64,000 nucleotides of DNA, taken from IMG/VR virus record IMGVR_UViG_3300044846_001093, positions 1 through 64,000 of that record. One strand, given 5' to 3'. Both the position numbers and the translations under genes were made by a program. Positions 25,307-34,226 of this stretch are shown piece by piece. How positions within the stretch are numbered: the first letter of the stretch is position 1; the number at the start of each line of letters is the position of its first letter. The notes under the pieces were generated by a model, which saw nothing but the letters and a program-made list of their open reading frames with translations, searched no databases and was not told where the DNA came from. This DNA comes from a virus (Duplodnaviria; Heunggongvirae; Uroviricota; Caudoviricetes).

Positions 25307-26338
25307 TTATATTTTCTTCCAATAATTATAATTGATTTGTGCTTCAATACCCTTGAAGGTGTTATTACTTATGATATCTTCTATTTCATCAGGTGATATC
25401 CCGTTCATGACCATTTCATTGATATCTTTGCCCTCTACGGTGTCGGGCCATACAACGATGTTATGACCCTGCTTGATTGCATCGCCCATCAGATTGACAA
25501 TTTCCTTATTTCTCGGCTCATTGTCATATATCAGGACAGTCTTTTCAGCATTCAATTGCTTTGCGGTGATGGACAAACTGGAATCTCCAGAGCCAACACA
25601 ATTGTTCAAGAACAACGAGTCAATCGGTCCTTCAACAATCTTTATGAGTTGAGATATATCTATGCGATCCAGGCCATAGATTAGTTTGTTTTCGCTGGTA
25701 TTTGTCTTGATGGTGACATAGCGCAACTTGTAGTCAGCAGTCACTAACGCACGACCTGAGACACCGATTAGTGCATTATACGAATCATAGAATGGTATGA
25801 TTAGCCTTGCATCAGCCGTGATCTTATCTTTGCCATGCTCAGGATACACCTCATCACAGAACTTTTTGTAGTTTGCAGTGAAGTATAGGTTCTTGTAATG
25901 CTCAAGTGGAATCTTGCGATTCTTCAGATAGGAAACACAGAAATGCTGGGCGGATAGTTTATCACATCGTTCAGCATTATCAAAAATCTTTTTCTCTACC
26001 TTACCAAATCGCGTCACAGGAACATCAAACAGCGTTCGGCGAGTTGCTACGCCATTATATTCACCGGACTTGTATTTTTCCAGGACATATTCTTTGTGGA
26101 TGGTACCATCAAGTCGCTTGATAAAATTACCAAGAGACATACTCTCACCACAGTTGTGGCAAAGGTAAAAAAGACCATTTCCGCGCCGGTAGATATACCC
26201 ACGCATCTTGGTCTTGTTTTTGTGTGAGTCCCCACATAGAGGACAACGGACGTTGAATAGGTAATCAGACTTGCGCTGATACTTATTGAAACGATGTGTG
26301 ATTCGTTGAACGAATGATAGATCGGTGGACAGACTCAT
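25307..26338 (-). CDS. gp61: DNA primase, T4 gp61-type (zinc ribbon + TOPRIM)
   Basis: 343 aa. CPLCGDSHKNKTKMRGY zinc ribbon. Size and N-terminus resemble T4 gp61. Confidence 0.75.
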   Translation of the reverse strand: MSLSTDLSFVQRITHRFNKYQRKSDYLFNVRCPLCGDSHKNKTKMRGYIYRRGNGLFYLCHNCGESMSLGNFIKRLDGTIHKEYVLEKYKSGEYNGVATRRTLFDVPVTRFGKVEKKIFDNAERCDKLSAQHFCVSYLKNRKIPLEHYKNLYFTANYKKFCDEVYPEHGKDKITADARLIIPFYDSYNALIGVSGRALVTADYKLRYVTIKTNTSENKLIYGLDRIDISQLIKIVEGPIDSLFLNNCVGSGDSSLSITAKQLNAEKTVLIYDNEPRNKEIVNLMGDAIKQGHNIVVWPDTVEGKDINEMVMNGISPDEIEDIISNNTFKGIEAQINYNYWKKI

Positions 26339-26346
26339 AGCTATAC

Positions 26347-26374
26347 ATTATATACACATCCACCAAAAAGTCAA
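26347..26374 (-). promoter_or_regulatory. Sigma70-like promoter directly upstream of the primase gene (very short leader)
   Basis: Minus strand reads TTGACTtgactttttggtggatgtgtaTATAATgtatagctATG. Confidence 0.4.
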
Positions 26375-26387
26375 GTCAACTGAATAA

Positions 26388-26419
26388 TTTACCTAATGTT
26401 TCTGTGGTAATTAGGTAAA
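26388..26419 (-). terminator. Strong hairpin (10-bp perfect stem) at the 3' end of gene 26411..26716
   Basis: tttacctaat-N12-attaggtaaa, then an A/U-rich tract on the minus strand. Confidence 0.4.
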
Positions 26420-26716
26420 CAGTGCTATAAGTTTTTCTGAGTGACCAGCAATCCAGCCACCCACAGCCAATCCACCAGCGGCCATCCAAGTCCAACGATC
26501 CTTCAAATTTTTAAGTGATCTAATCTCTTTAGCTAATGATTCATGCTGATCACATGATGCATTATACATTTTTTCAAGATCAGATTTTAAATCATCGCGT
26601 GTTTTATCGAGGCAATCGTGCATGTCTTTTACATCCACTTTTAATTCATCAAGTTTCTCACTGAGATTTTCAACCTTGGTCTCAACGATACCAATTCGTT
26701 CTACGGTGGTAGCCAT
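26411..26716 (-). CDS. Coiled-coil protein with C-terminal TM segment, 101 aa
   Basis: Heptad-rich N-terminal part. C-terminal WTWMAAGGLAVGGWIAG. Confidence 0.45.
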   Translation of the reverse strand: MATTVERIGIVETKVENLSEKLDELKVDVKDMHDCLDKTRDDLKSDLEKMYNASCDQHESLAKEIRSLKNLKDRWTWMAAGGLAVGGWIAGHSEKLIALFT

Positions 26717-26719
26717 GAT

Positions 26720-26911
26720 TTACTTCTTCTCTGGAACTTTGGTACCTTCAAGTTTCTTATGAATCTTGATTGTCTTGCAAACTTCTTTTACTTTACCAGT
26801 TTTTGCATCTTTTTCTTCAACGCAAACACGTTTGGTTTCTGGTTCTTTGTCTGTTGCATATGCTGGGCTCAATGCGATGGCCAGCATAATTGATGCGATA
26901 AGTTTTTTCAT
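26720..26911 (-). CDS. Small secreted Lys/Glu-rich protein, 63 aa
   Basis: Signal peptide MKKLIASIMLAIALSPAYA. Late promoter upstream. Confidence 0.45.
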   Translation of the reverse strand: MKKLIASIMLAIALSPAYATDKEPETKRVCVEEKDAKTGKVKEVCKTIKIHKKLEGTKVPEKK

Positions 26912-27141
26912 GAGTTGTTCTCCGTTTTCTTATTTATAGATGCGAATTTCTCTGATGCTGTAAAGCCAAGACCAGCCATTGCTAGGTATATCATGCCCTC
27001 AAACATGTATGATTCAACTTGGTAACCCCAAAATAGATTAGCAATGAATGCGATACCACATAGCAGAAATGCTAGAAAAGTCACAACTCTCTTACTGCTA
27101 AGAGATTTGTTGTGTGAGTCGTCTAGCATTCCTTTTAGCAT
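26908..27141 (-). CDS. Two-TM small membrane protein, 77 aa (holin candidate)
   Basis: Two hydrophobic helices. Charged C-terminus. Sits in the lysis neighbourhood. Confidence 0.35.
   Translation of the reverse strand: MLKGMLDDSHNKSLSSKRVVTFLAFLLCGIAFIANLFWGYQVESYMFEGMIYLAMAGLGFTASEKFASINKKTENNS
26931..26938 (-). promoter_or_regulatory. T4-type late promoter TATAAATA
   Basis: Minus strand reads TATAAATAagaaaacGGAGaacaactcATG, 19-nt leader with SD. Confidence 0.5.
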
Positions 27142-27686
27142 TATAGCTCAGGCTGTGGTGCTGGTGCTGGTGCTGGCTTACCGCCGTAACCCATGATAAC
27201 TTGTCCAGCTGGCATAGGTGCTTCAACGTTGAATGATGGTTCTGTTCTTGCAACAGGTGCTCTAACAGGCTCAGCTTGCGTCTTAGCAAACTCAACAGTA
27301 TTCTTAGCTGCTGAATTGGCATTGTCTTGTGCTTGCTTCATCATAGCAAGTTTAGCATCAGTCTCTTCTTTAGTACCACCAGCAAGCATGATGCCGGATA
27401 GTGTACCAGTCAAGAAAGTTGCAATAGGAACAATCAACTCAAAGAATTTTTGGTCAATTGGGCTGATAGCATTCAATGGTTGCGTCACAAAAATCAGTGA
27501 GTACAACACAACGAACACAATGCCAGTTAGTGTCAATGCAAGACATACGCCGATGAAAAACTTCAATCGGGCCATCAATTGCTCTTCAGTATACATTACT
27601 TCATTTTGCACAGGCTTCTCCTTTTGTGGGCGTTGGGCAAATTGCAGGCGTTGGCACAACTGCTCCAATAACATTTTTATTTTCAT
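27141..27686 (-). CDS. Multi-TM membrane protein with Ala/Pro-rich C-terminus, 181 aa
   Basis: 3 TM-like segments. C-terminal KPAPAPAPQPEL. Confidence 0.45.
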   Translation of the reverse strand: MKIKMLLEQLCQRLQFAQRPQKEKPVQNEVMYTEEQLMARLKFFIGVCLALTLTGIVFVVLYSLIFVTQPLNAISPIDQKFFELIVPIATFLTGTLSGIMLAGGTKEETDAKLAMMKQAQDNANSAAKNTVEFAKTQAEPVRAPVARTEPSFNVEAPMPAGQVIMGYGGKPAPAPAPQPEL

Positions 27687-27900
27687 CTAGTGGTCCTAAT
27701 CTAGGGTCTCTTTGTCCCTTAAATATATGTTGAGGACAAGTTCTTGTCACATCACATGTTGGCAATTTACATATTTCTTTTTCCCAGTTTTCTGGATTTT
27801 GGCATGGGTAACGAAATCTATCACCACCAAAAATAGCTAATGCTATAGGTATGAGTAAAAATACTCCAAGCCATTTGAATAGTTTTACATCACGATTCAT
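27601..27900 (-). CDS. Secreted cysteine-rich small protein, 99 aa
   Basis: N-terminal TM/signal. 6 Cys (CQNPENWEKEICKLPTCDVTRTC...C...C). Confidence 0.4.
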   Translation of the reverse strand: MNRDVKLFKWLGVFLLIPIALAIFGGDRFRYPCQNPENWEKEICKLPTCDVTRTCPQHIFKGQRDPRLGPLDENKNVIGAVVPTPAICPTPTKGEACAK

Positions 27901-28526
27901 CAGTGTGCTCCTAGTACATGTAGTGCATGTTCATAGTGCTTGATACGATCATCAAGACCAATTGTGCCACCGTTGATTCGTTTAGTCAGTGTAACGATAT
28001 CACCTTTGTCGGCCCACTGATTCAGATTGTTTGTTTCCCAGAACCAGCAAGCAGATTGTGCAGCGCCTTCAAACGTCAACAGATACTCAGATGCGTCCTC
28101 TACTGAAATTTGTAGGGACTCAGCAAACCATGTGTAATTGCTCTTGCCTGTCAATTGAATCAAGCCCTTGCCTGCATAGCGCCAGCCATCACCAGTTTCT
28201 GGTGCACCATTGCCCATACGATTAGCATACACCAGATTAGCAATAGCTTCTTGCTTATTTGGCTTACTTGCATATTCGTTTGCCATAGCATCAGTTGGAA
28301 AATACTTTGGAAAAATCTTACGTAGAGTTGGCGCACGATAATTCAGATTCTCTCTGAGTACCATGAAGTTACCTGATTCGTGAGCGCACTGTGCAACGAA
28401 TGCTGCAATACGCTGCGGTGTATTGATATTGTACTCAGGCAGCAACTGCGATAGCGCAGAATGCCACTGGTCAATATATGGATTCTTCGGAAGAAGTTTT
28501 TTCAGTTGGTCTTTTGTTAATTCCAT
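27900..28526 (-). CDS. Endolysin, glycoside hydrolase family 19 (chitinase-like lysozyme)
   Basis: AQCAHESGNF...ENLNY...GKGLIQLTGKSNY matches GH19 catalytic signatures. Confidence 0.8.
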   Translation of the reverse strand: MELTKDQLKKLLPKNPYIDQWHSALSQLLPEYNINTPQRIAAFVAQCAHESGNFMVLRENLNYRAPTLRKIFPKYFPTDAMANEYASKPNKQEAIANLVYANRMGNGAPETGDGWRYAGKGLIQLTGKSNYTWFAESLQISVEDASEYLLTFEGAAQSACWFWETNNLNQWADKGDIVTLTKRINGGTIGLDDRIKHYEHALHVLGAH

Positions 28527-28795
28527 TATTTTACACTCTCAAATATTATTTTTTGTTTATTGTACCATTCTATCCATGCGCTTGTCTTGACAGCACAAAC
28601 ATAATATTCAGTGTAATTCACAGTGATTGTCTTGGACACATCGCTCAATTTTGGTTCGCCGTCCAGCTTCTTTAGATCAGGACATTGTTCCATCATAATC
28701 TTACCTGGTGGTTCAGGAAATTTTGCTGCTACTGGCACTGTTGTTGAACAGCCCATTAGCAGTATTGTTGCACAGCACACCATCAATGTTTTCAT
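28526..28795 (-). CDS. Outer-membrane lipoprotein, o-spanin (Rz1-like) candidate, 89 aa
   Basis: Lipobox LLMGC. Pro-rich periplasmic part. ATGA overlap with upstream i-spanin candidate. Confidence 0.55.
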   Translation of the reverse strand: MKTLMVCCATILLMGCSTTVPVAAKFPEPPGKIMMEQCPDLKKLDGEPKLSDVSKTITVNYTEYYVCAVKTSAWIEWYNKQKIIFESVK

Positions 28796-29220
28796 TTGGC
28801 TACCTCAGCAGCTTTGTTGTGCGCTTCCACAAATTCTTTTGGTATCACACATCGTTCATCATACTTGACAACTTCACGATCTATGTATTGAATAACATCT
28901 TTGCCACGTTCTTTGTAATACTCACGCTTGACTACAACTTTTTCAACAATCTCTGTGTTGACTTTAGCTGCGGCTACTTCAGCGCCAGCAATCTTGAGTT
29001 CAAGTTCTTTGACTCTTGCTTCCCATTTTTCATTATTACTGATAGCACCAGCCATGTAAGTGCCAAATGCTATCAGAATGATGGATGATATTTGTATTGG
29101 AGATTTATAGATGTAGATGGCTGGAATGAACTTCAACACAGAAGTTGCAGCAAGACCTAACACGCCAGCAAAAAAGCAAGCATAGAAAATCCAACTAGGA
29201 AGCCATTCCAAAATCCACAC
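28792..29220 (-). CDS. Inner-membrane i-spanin (Rz-like) candidate, 142 aa
   Basis: N-terminal TM segments then coiled coil (EARVKELELKIAGAEVAAAKV). Confidence 0.5.
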   Translation of the reverse strand: MWILEWLPSWIFYACFFAGVLGLAATSVLKFIPAIYIYKSPIQISSIILIAFGTYMAGAISNNEKWEARVKELELKIAGAEVAAAKVNTEIVEKVVVKREYYKERGKDVIQYIDREVVKYDERCVIPKEFVEAHNKAAEVAK

Positions 29221-29221
29221 C

Positions 29222-29554
29222 TCAGTTGCCTCTACCGTATCTCAGATAGACCATAGCGCCAGTTTGTTCATCTTCCAGCACGATGCCTTCTTTCCAGTTA
29301 GCATTTGCATAGTCTGCAATTTCTTTGGACACATCAGGATCACCAAGATAGGACTCAAATCTAGCACCTTTGCGCTTGAGCATCTTAGCCATTACAAAAG
29401 ACTTTGATGGCACAGTGAACACGGTTGAGCCCGCAAACTTCTTACGTTTGATACCTGGTTCAGCTTGATTTGGAATATTAGGGTTTGGCACACCAATACC
29501 AGCTACATTACCACCAGCTACAGAGTTTGTTGGTGCATCTTCTTTTATTGTCAT
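29222..29554 (-). CDS. Hypothetical protein, 110 aa
   Basis: ORF. Confidence 0.45.
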   Translation of the reverse strand: MTIKEDAPTNSVAGGNVAGIGVPNPNIPNQAEPGIKRKKFAGSTVFTVPSKSFVMAKMLKRKGARFESYLGDPDVSKEIADYANANWKEGIVLEDEQTGAMVYLRYGRGN

Positions 29555-29967
29555 TTTATTTCCCTAAGAACTTCAGCAACTTTCAAGTCCACAGCTATGT
29601 CGGATGATATAATGTTCTGTCCTTTGATACCTCTTACCACACTCGGCATGTAATTTAGAAACAGCAAGTATGTTTTGAGTGTATGATAATCTTCTTTGTG
29701 TACGCGATAAAACAACAATCTAGTTGCAACCTCAACACCAAAAACATTATACAACACTATCAGGTGATTGATGACAAGACGCTCACGCATCTCGCCTTCT
29801 TTTCTGTACCTATAGAACAAGCGTTTCAAATAATTGAACCGCTTCATGTCTTCTTTGAACTCACTCATAATACAGTTGGGCTTATCGTAAGCCTTGACTG
29901 CATATAGTAGGACGTTCTCACTGGTCAAATCATCAAAAGACATTTTAGCTTTCGTCTTCCCCTTCAA
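29551..29967 (-). CDS. Hypothetical protein, 138 aa
   Basis: ATGA overlap. Confidence 0.45.
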   Translation of the reverse strand: MKGKTKAKMSFDDLTSENVLLYAVKAYDKPNCIMSEFKEDMKRFNYLKRLFYRYRKEGEMRERLVINHLIVLYNVFGVEVATRLLFYRVHKEDYHTLKTYLLFLNYMPSVVRGIKGQNIISSDIAVDLKVAEVLREIK

Positions 29968-30307
29968 GTTCAGACATTGCTTGTTCTACGCCACTTTCAT
30001 CCATAATTTCAGCATAAAAATCATAGTATCCATCATCCGTTGGATAATACAGAATATACAGAAAACTATCGCCAGATAAGTGTGTTGCTAATTCTTCACC
30101 TTCAGTGTTCAAATCATAAAGGGACTCAAATGCGATTCCCTCAAGATAAAGTATTTTACGAATCTTCGCGATACCAGATTCTGGTGTCAAGACAGGCTGA
30201 GTTAGCTCAACCATCAACATCAGATTGAGGTTATTCTGTGTCACAGGATCGATGGAGACTTCATCTCCACCTTCCATTGACTCTGTGATGAATTCTTTGA
30301 AATTCAT
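29945..30307 (-). CDS. Hypothetical acidic protein, 120 aa
   Basis: ORF. Confidence 0.45.
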   Translation of the reverse strand: MNFKEFITESMEGGDEVSIDPVTQNNLNLMLMVELTQPVLTPESGIAKIRKILYLEGIAFESLYDLNTEGEELATHLSGDSFLYILYYPTDDGYYDFYAEIMDESGVEQAMSELEGEDES

Positions 30308-30864
30308 TAGCTATTTGCAAATACTGCGTTTTCGGCGTCTGCAACACCACCAGTACCGATGCTGCTCATAGCAACAAGAGTCTCAGTGTGTTCACGACCA
30401 ACACGACCACCCATGGTGATTGTGATTGCTACGTTAGAGTTTGGCACTGCGCCAATTGTCGGTGCAGCCAAGTAGTTGCCGCCAGTTGTCAGTGTGATAC
30501 CAGTGATCAACTTTGCACCGTTTGTAACGATTTGTGCGTTAGCGGATGTATTGCCTGTACCACCACCAGAGAATGTGATGTACAAATTACCATCAGGTGA
30601 GTATGAACTTGCGTTCGCTGAGATAGTTGCAACAGGACCTGTGCCTTGCTTTACAACAACCCAACCAGCGTGTGCGCCTTTTGGATTTGCAGCAACGCGC
30701 TGTTCGGTGGTATCAACACCGAAGATACCCACAGCTTGCTTATCAGTAAATACACCGATAGTTGTGTTACCGAACAATGTTGCTCCGGTTGCATTTTTAG
30801 TAGCTGCAACGCCTGCATGTTTTGGTGCTGCGTTGCTTGAATCTGATCTTGACCATAGTGCCAT
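30307..30864 (-). CDS. Gly/Thr/Ala-rich beta-type protein, probable virion component, 185 aa
   Basis: Low-charge G/T/A/N-rich sequence. RBS aaaaggagtcATAAATG. Near-consensus late promoter upstream. Confidence 0.45.
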   Translation of the reverse strand: MALWSRSDSSNAAPKHAGVAATKNATGATLFGNTTIGVFTDKQAVGIFGVDTTEQRVAANPKGAHAGWVVVKQGTGPVATISANASSYSPDGNLYITFSGGGTGNTSANAQIVTNGAKLITGITLTTGGNYLAAPTIGAVPNSNVAITITMGGRVGREHTETLVAMSSIGTGGVADAENAVFANS

Positions 30865-30887
30865 TTATGACTCCTTTTGTTATTGTT

Positions 30888-30895
30888 TATTTATG
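30888..30895 (-). promoter_or_regulatory. Near-consensus late promoter (CATAAATA)
   Basis: Same 23-nt geometry to ATG as the consensus late promoter at 44012. One mismatch to TATAAATA. Confidence 0.25.
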
Positions 30896-32876
30896 TTTTG
30901 ATAATCTGTGATGAAAGCTCAGGTTCAGCTTGAAATGTATCAGCTTTCTCTTTGCTAGATGACTTAGAATTCTTAGCCAAATCTTTTACGATGCCAGCAG
31001 TCTTAGATAGTGATCGTCTTGCTGGTGTGCTAGTCTTTTCATAAGAATCTTCTGGCTCCTGCTCTTCCTTTAGCCCTGCTTGTTTACGTGCAGCAGTCTT
31101 CGCAAGATGCTTGACTCTAGACATTGCTGTGTGTTTTGCACCAGATTTGTCTGTTGTCACTTTCTTTGTGTTTTTGACATAAGGACCATCAAATGGAACT
31201 TCTTGGCGCTCTTTACCCAAGTCTGTTGCAGTTTGTTCAGCAGTAATGATAGGTGTTGGCTTCATAGGCTTCTTAGCTGGTCCAGATGTGAAACGACCTG
31301 CGTCTGGATTCTCGTTGGAGTTGCTAGTTTGACCAACTTCTTCCGCCACAACACTCTCAGCTTTGTACTTCTTAAACATATCAGTACCTTTTCTTGGCGC
31401 AAGACCTTGTGTGCGATATGCAGCAGCAGAAACAGCAGCGTATCGTTTCGTCTTCTTACTCGCTTCAGCGTTCGTGCCAGCACCTGGCAACTCTCTTGCG
31501 CTGTCCATTGCTTTATTGACATAAGAGCCAAGAGTTTTCTTAGACAACTCATCAATCTGCTCAACTTCTTCCTTCATATCATGTTTCTTCTTGAGATACT
31601 TTTCAACCTTGCGATCATATTCGCCTTTAGGTGATTTAGGTGTGCTGGTCTTCGCTTTGTCTAGAATTCTTTTATGTGCAGGATCAACTTCTTCCTTCAT
31701 CCCTGTACGGCGAGACTCACCTTCAATGTATGAGTGTAGAGATTCAACATCACTTTGAACTTTAGATAGTTTGTTCTGATACCACTCTTCAATTTCACCA
31801 CCCATCTCAATGAACTCAAGAATTTCTTCAGCAGCATACTTGATGAAATGCAGTTGCGTTTGAGCCATCTCAGTCTTTTCTGTGGTATCCGATTCAGCTT
31901 GCTCATTGATTTCAGCTTGTTTCAAAATACCTTTGACCAATGGTGCCTTCAATTGGCGATGACGCGGTACTGGAATGTGATGCTTTGCATCTGGATGTGT
32001 GTATACATCATGACTGCCTGATGTACGTGAGAGTTTCCAACCACGCTTCTTCAGATGTTGATGCACAGCACGGGTATCCATGTTAGCACCAGGCATTTCT
32101 TCTAGTTGTTCAACTTCCTCATGCTTCAATGTTCTCATTCCCGGATCAATGTTGCCTTTATTATCATAACGATGCTGAACACCTTTCTTACCTTGAGCTT
32201 CTAAATCTTTCATAGCCTTATTAGCGTCTGGATAGTTTGAATGTGTGCTAGTTTTGATCCAGTCACCTTTAGAATTTCTGTGACCTACGTGAATTGTTTC
32301 TTCCGTCACAACTTCAACAGACTCATCCCACTGCTTACCACGTGCCGCATTTCTAGCCGCAGCTTTTGCACCATAGTTCTGTTGTAGCCTCTCAGCATCA
32401 TACTTGTGTACTGTGGCGCCTTTAACCTTCTTTGCCACGTTCTCTGCATGAGACTTGGTTTCAAATGTCTTCCAGTGACGACCATTGACATGCACCGAGT
32501 GATAGTCTTTGGCATCAGCTTCGGCTAGTTCAACTTCCTCATTAGTCTGTGAGTTTTTCAAATCTTTCTCGGATGGTGCACCCTCTGAGCCAGGCTTACG
32601 CATACGTTCACCTGAGCCGCTCTTGATTCTTTCACGCTTGGCATGAATGTTGGCCCACAGACCAGCTTCTTCAATGGTTTCTTCTTTGACGGATTTGCCA
32701 GCCGATTTATCACCATAAGTTGCTTGACGTTTTTTAGCAAGGTCGATCTTATCTTTGACAGCTTTTCCTAACTTAGGATCAGCCTTCAACATCCATCCTG
32801 TTCCAAGAGACTTTTTACCCTCTTCCAAAATGTCCTCGCCGCGGACAAGACTTGCAATCTGCTTGAAACTTCTCAT
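30891..32876 (-). CDS. Large Lys-rich protein with embedded HicA/YcfA-like domain, 661 aa
   Basis: HQHLKKRGWKLSRTSGSHDVYTHPDAKHHIPVPRHRQLKAPLVKGILKQA matches the HicA fold consensus. Carries one EEVEQIDELSKKTLGSYVNKA module. Otherwise predicted disordered and K/E-rich. Confidence 0.55.
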   Translation of the reverse strand: MRSFKQIASLVRGEDILEEGKKSLGTGWMLKADPKLGKAVKDKIDLAKKRQATYGDKSAGKSVKEETIEEAGLWANIHAKRERIKSGSGERMRKPGSEGAPSEKDLKNSQTNEEVELAEADAKDYHSVHVNGRHWKTFETKSHAENVAKKVKGATVHKYDAERLQQNYGAKAAARNAARGKQWDESVEVVTEETIHVGHRNSKGDWIKTSTHSNYPDANKAMKDLEAQGKKGVQHRYDNKGNIDPGMRTLKHEEVEQLEEMPGANMDTRAVHQHLKKRGWKLSRTSGSHDVYTHPDAKHHIPVPRHRQLKAPLVKGILKQAEINEQAESDTTEKTEMAQTQLHFIKYAAEEILEFIEMGGEIEEWYQNKLSKVQSDVESLHSYIEGESRRTGMKEEVDPAHKRILDKAKTSTPKSPKGEYDRKVEKYLKKKHDMKEEVEQIDELSKKTLGSYVNKAMDSARELPGAGTNAEASKKTKRYAAVSAAAYRTQGLAPRKGTDMFKKYKAESVVAEEVGQTSNSNENPDAGRFTSGPAKKPMKPTPIITAEQTATDLGKERQEVPFDGPYVKNTKKVTTDKSGAKHTAMSRVKHLAKTAARKQAGLKEEQEPEDSYEKTSTPARRSLSKTAGIVKDLAKNSKSSSKEKADTFQAEPELSSQIIKT

Positions 32877-32877
32877 A

Positions 32878-34209
32878 TTACTCTCCTTTAGCTTGCTTTG
32901 TTGCTGTAGCGTACATCACAGACTTAGCATCTTTGCCATAACGCTCTTTGAAGCCAGCAATGTTCTTCTTCATGCCTTTGACATTCTTTTCCATTGCAGC
33001 CTTTTCGCCAGTGGACAATGAACGCTCTTCAATGTGCTCAACTTCTTCCTGTGTGACGCCACGTGGACCACGGTCATCTTTAACACCACCAGCTTTCATC
33101 AATGCAGCCCTGTCAGCATAGCTGGAACGCTTAACATCTTTAGCCGCAGTCTTGATTGTGGGAGTTTGATTTTTCTTGTCAATATGTTTCATTGCATCAA
33201 ATTTTGCCTCCGTGACTTGCTCAACTTCTTCTTTTTTCAGCATTTTCTTACCAGGTTCTGCTGCTTTATCTTTAGCCATTCGTTGTTTTTGCTTTTCTAC
33301 TGCGGCTCTATATTCAGGACTGTTTATATCTCTATATGGAGTTTTTTGTTTTTCTTTTGGGCCTGAACCCTCAACCACAACTTCTTCCTTAGCTAGACGA
33401 TCAACAGCTTTGCCCATGTTTTCGCGGCGCTTCCAAGACTTAGCAAACATCTTGTTGGATTTGTCGTCAGCTTTCTTTGCATCCCAATAATTTGAATCTT
33501 TTTTAGCAGCAGCCGAATCGTTAGCGAATTGGCGAGTCAATGCACCCTTGTGTGCCACATCATGAGATGCTTTCTTGACATAAGATGCTAGTGTAGACTT
33601 TTTCAATTCATCTAGTTGCTCAACTTCTTCTTTGGTCAGTCTGTCTGTGGCCTTGACAATAGAATCCGTTCTCTTATTCATATTTTTTGTGATGGGAGAC
33701 CACTTTTTCTTAGCAGCATACTGACCAGCACTAATACCTTTCTGGCCCAAATCAAAAGCTGCTTTTTTTACATATGAACCAAGAGTCTTTTTAGACAGTT
33801 CATCTAGTTGCTCAACTTGTTCGTTCTGAACAGCTTGCACGGCAGGCTTTGCAACTTGAGCTTTGCTCTTGCCCATAGACTTGTCTTGTGCAATCTTGAT
33901 TTCTTTGTTGAACTCTTCCTGAGATGCTTCCTCTTTTGTATACTTCTTAGTGTACACAGTGCCTGTGGAGATTTTCTTGGCTGTATGACCAGTCTTTTCA
34001 CCTTTTTCAGCCGTTTGGCGTGGAGTATTCTTCCAGTCAAATGGGCTAGCAGGCTTCTTGGCTTCCTCTTTGCGCAACAACTTGAAGTCGTGTGCATCAA
34101 CTTTGCCGTTTTTGTTTTTATCGATCTTGTGTTGATCGCCCTTTAGTGCTTCGTCCACAACAGCTTTCACTGCTTCGGCCACTGATTTTAGAATTTTATC
34201 GTTGAACAT
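32878..34209 (-). CDS. Lys-rich repeat protein, 443 aa
   Basis: Two copies of the (E)QVEQLDELSKKTLGSYVKKA..KG module plus degenerate EEVEQ/EEVEH copies. K ~20%. Confidence 0.55.
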   Translation of the reverse strand: MFNDKILKSVAEAVKAVVDEALKGDQHKIDKNKNGKVDAHDFKLLRKEEAKKPASPFDWKNTPRQTAEKGEKTGHTAKKISTGTVYTKKYTKEEASQEEFNKEIKIAQDKSMGKSKAQVAKPAVQAVQNEQVEQLDELSKKTLGSYVKKAAFDLGQKGISAGQYAAKKKWSPITKNMNKRTDSIVKATDRLTKEEVEQLDELKKSTLASYVKKASHDVAHKGALTRQFANDSAAAKKDSNYWDAKKADDKSNKMFAKSWKRRENMGKAVDRLAKEEVVVEGSGPKEKQKTPYRDINSPEYRAAVEKQKQRMAKDKAAEPGKKMLKKEEVEQVTEAKFDAMKHIDKKNQTPTIKTAAKDVKRSSYADRAALMKAGGVKDDRGPRGVTQEEVEHIEERSLSTGEKAAMEKNVKGMKKNIAGFKERYGKDAKSVMYATATKQAKGE

Positions 34210-34226
34210 GTTTTTCCTTTATTGTC

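Noticed and set aside
27193-27690. 165-aa plus-strand ORF
   Set aside because: Antisense to the multi-TM membrane protein gene in the lysis neighbourhood. No RBS.
31080-31634. 184-aa plus-strand ORF and other antisense ORFs (31262..31564, 33034..33366, 33176..33490, 33808..34146)
   Set aside because: Antisense to the lysine-rich genes. AAG/GAA-rich coding strands give open Phe/Leu-rich frames on the opposite strand by composition alone.
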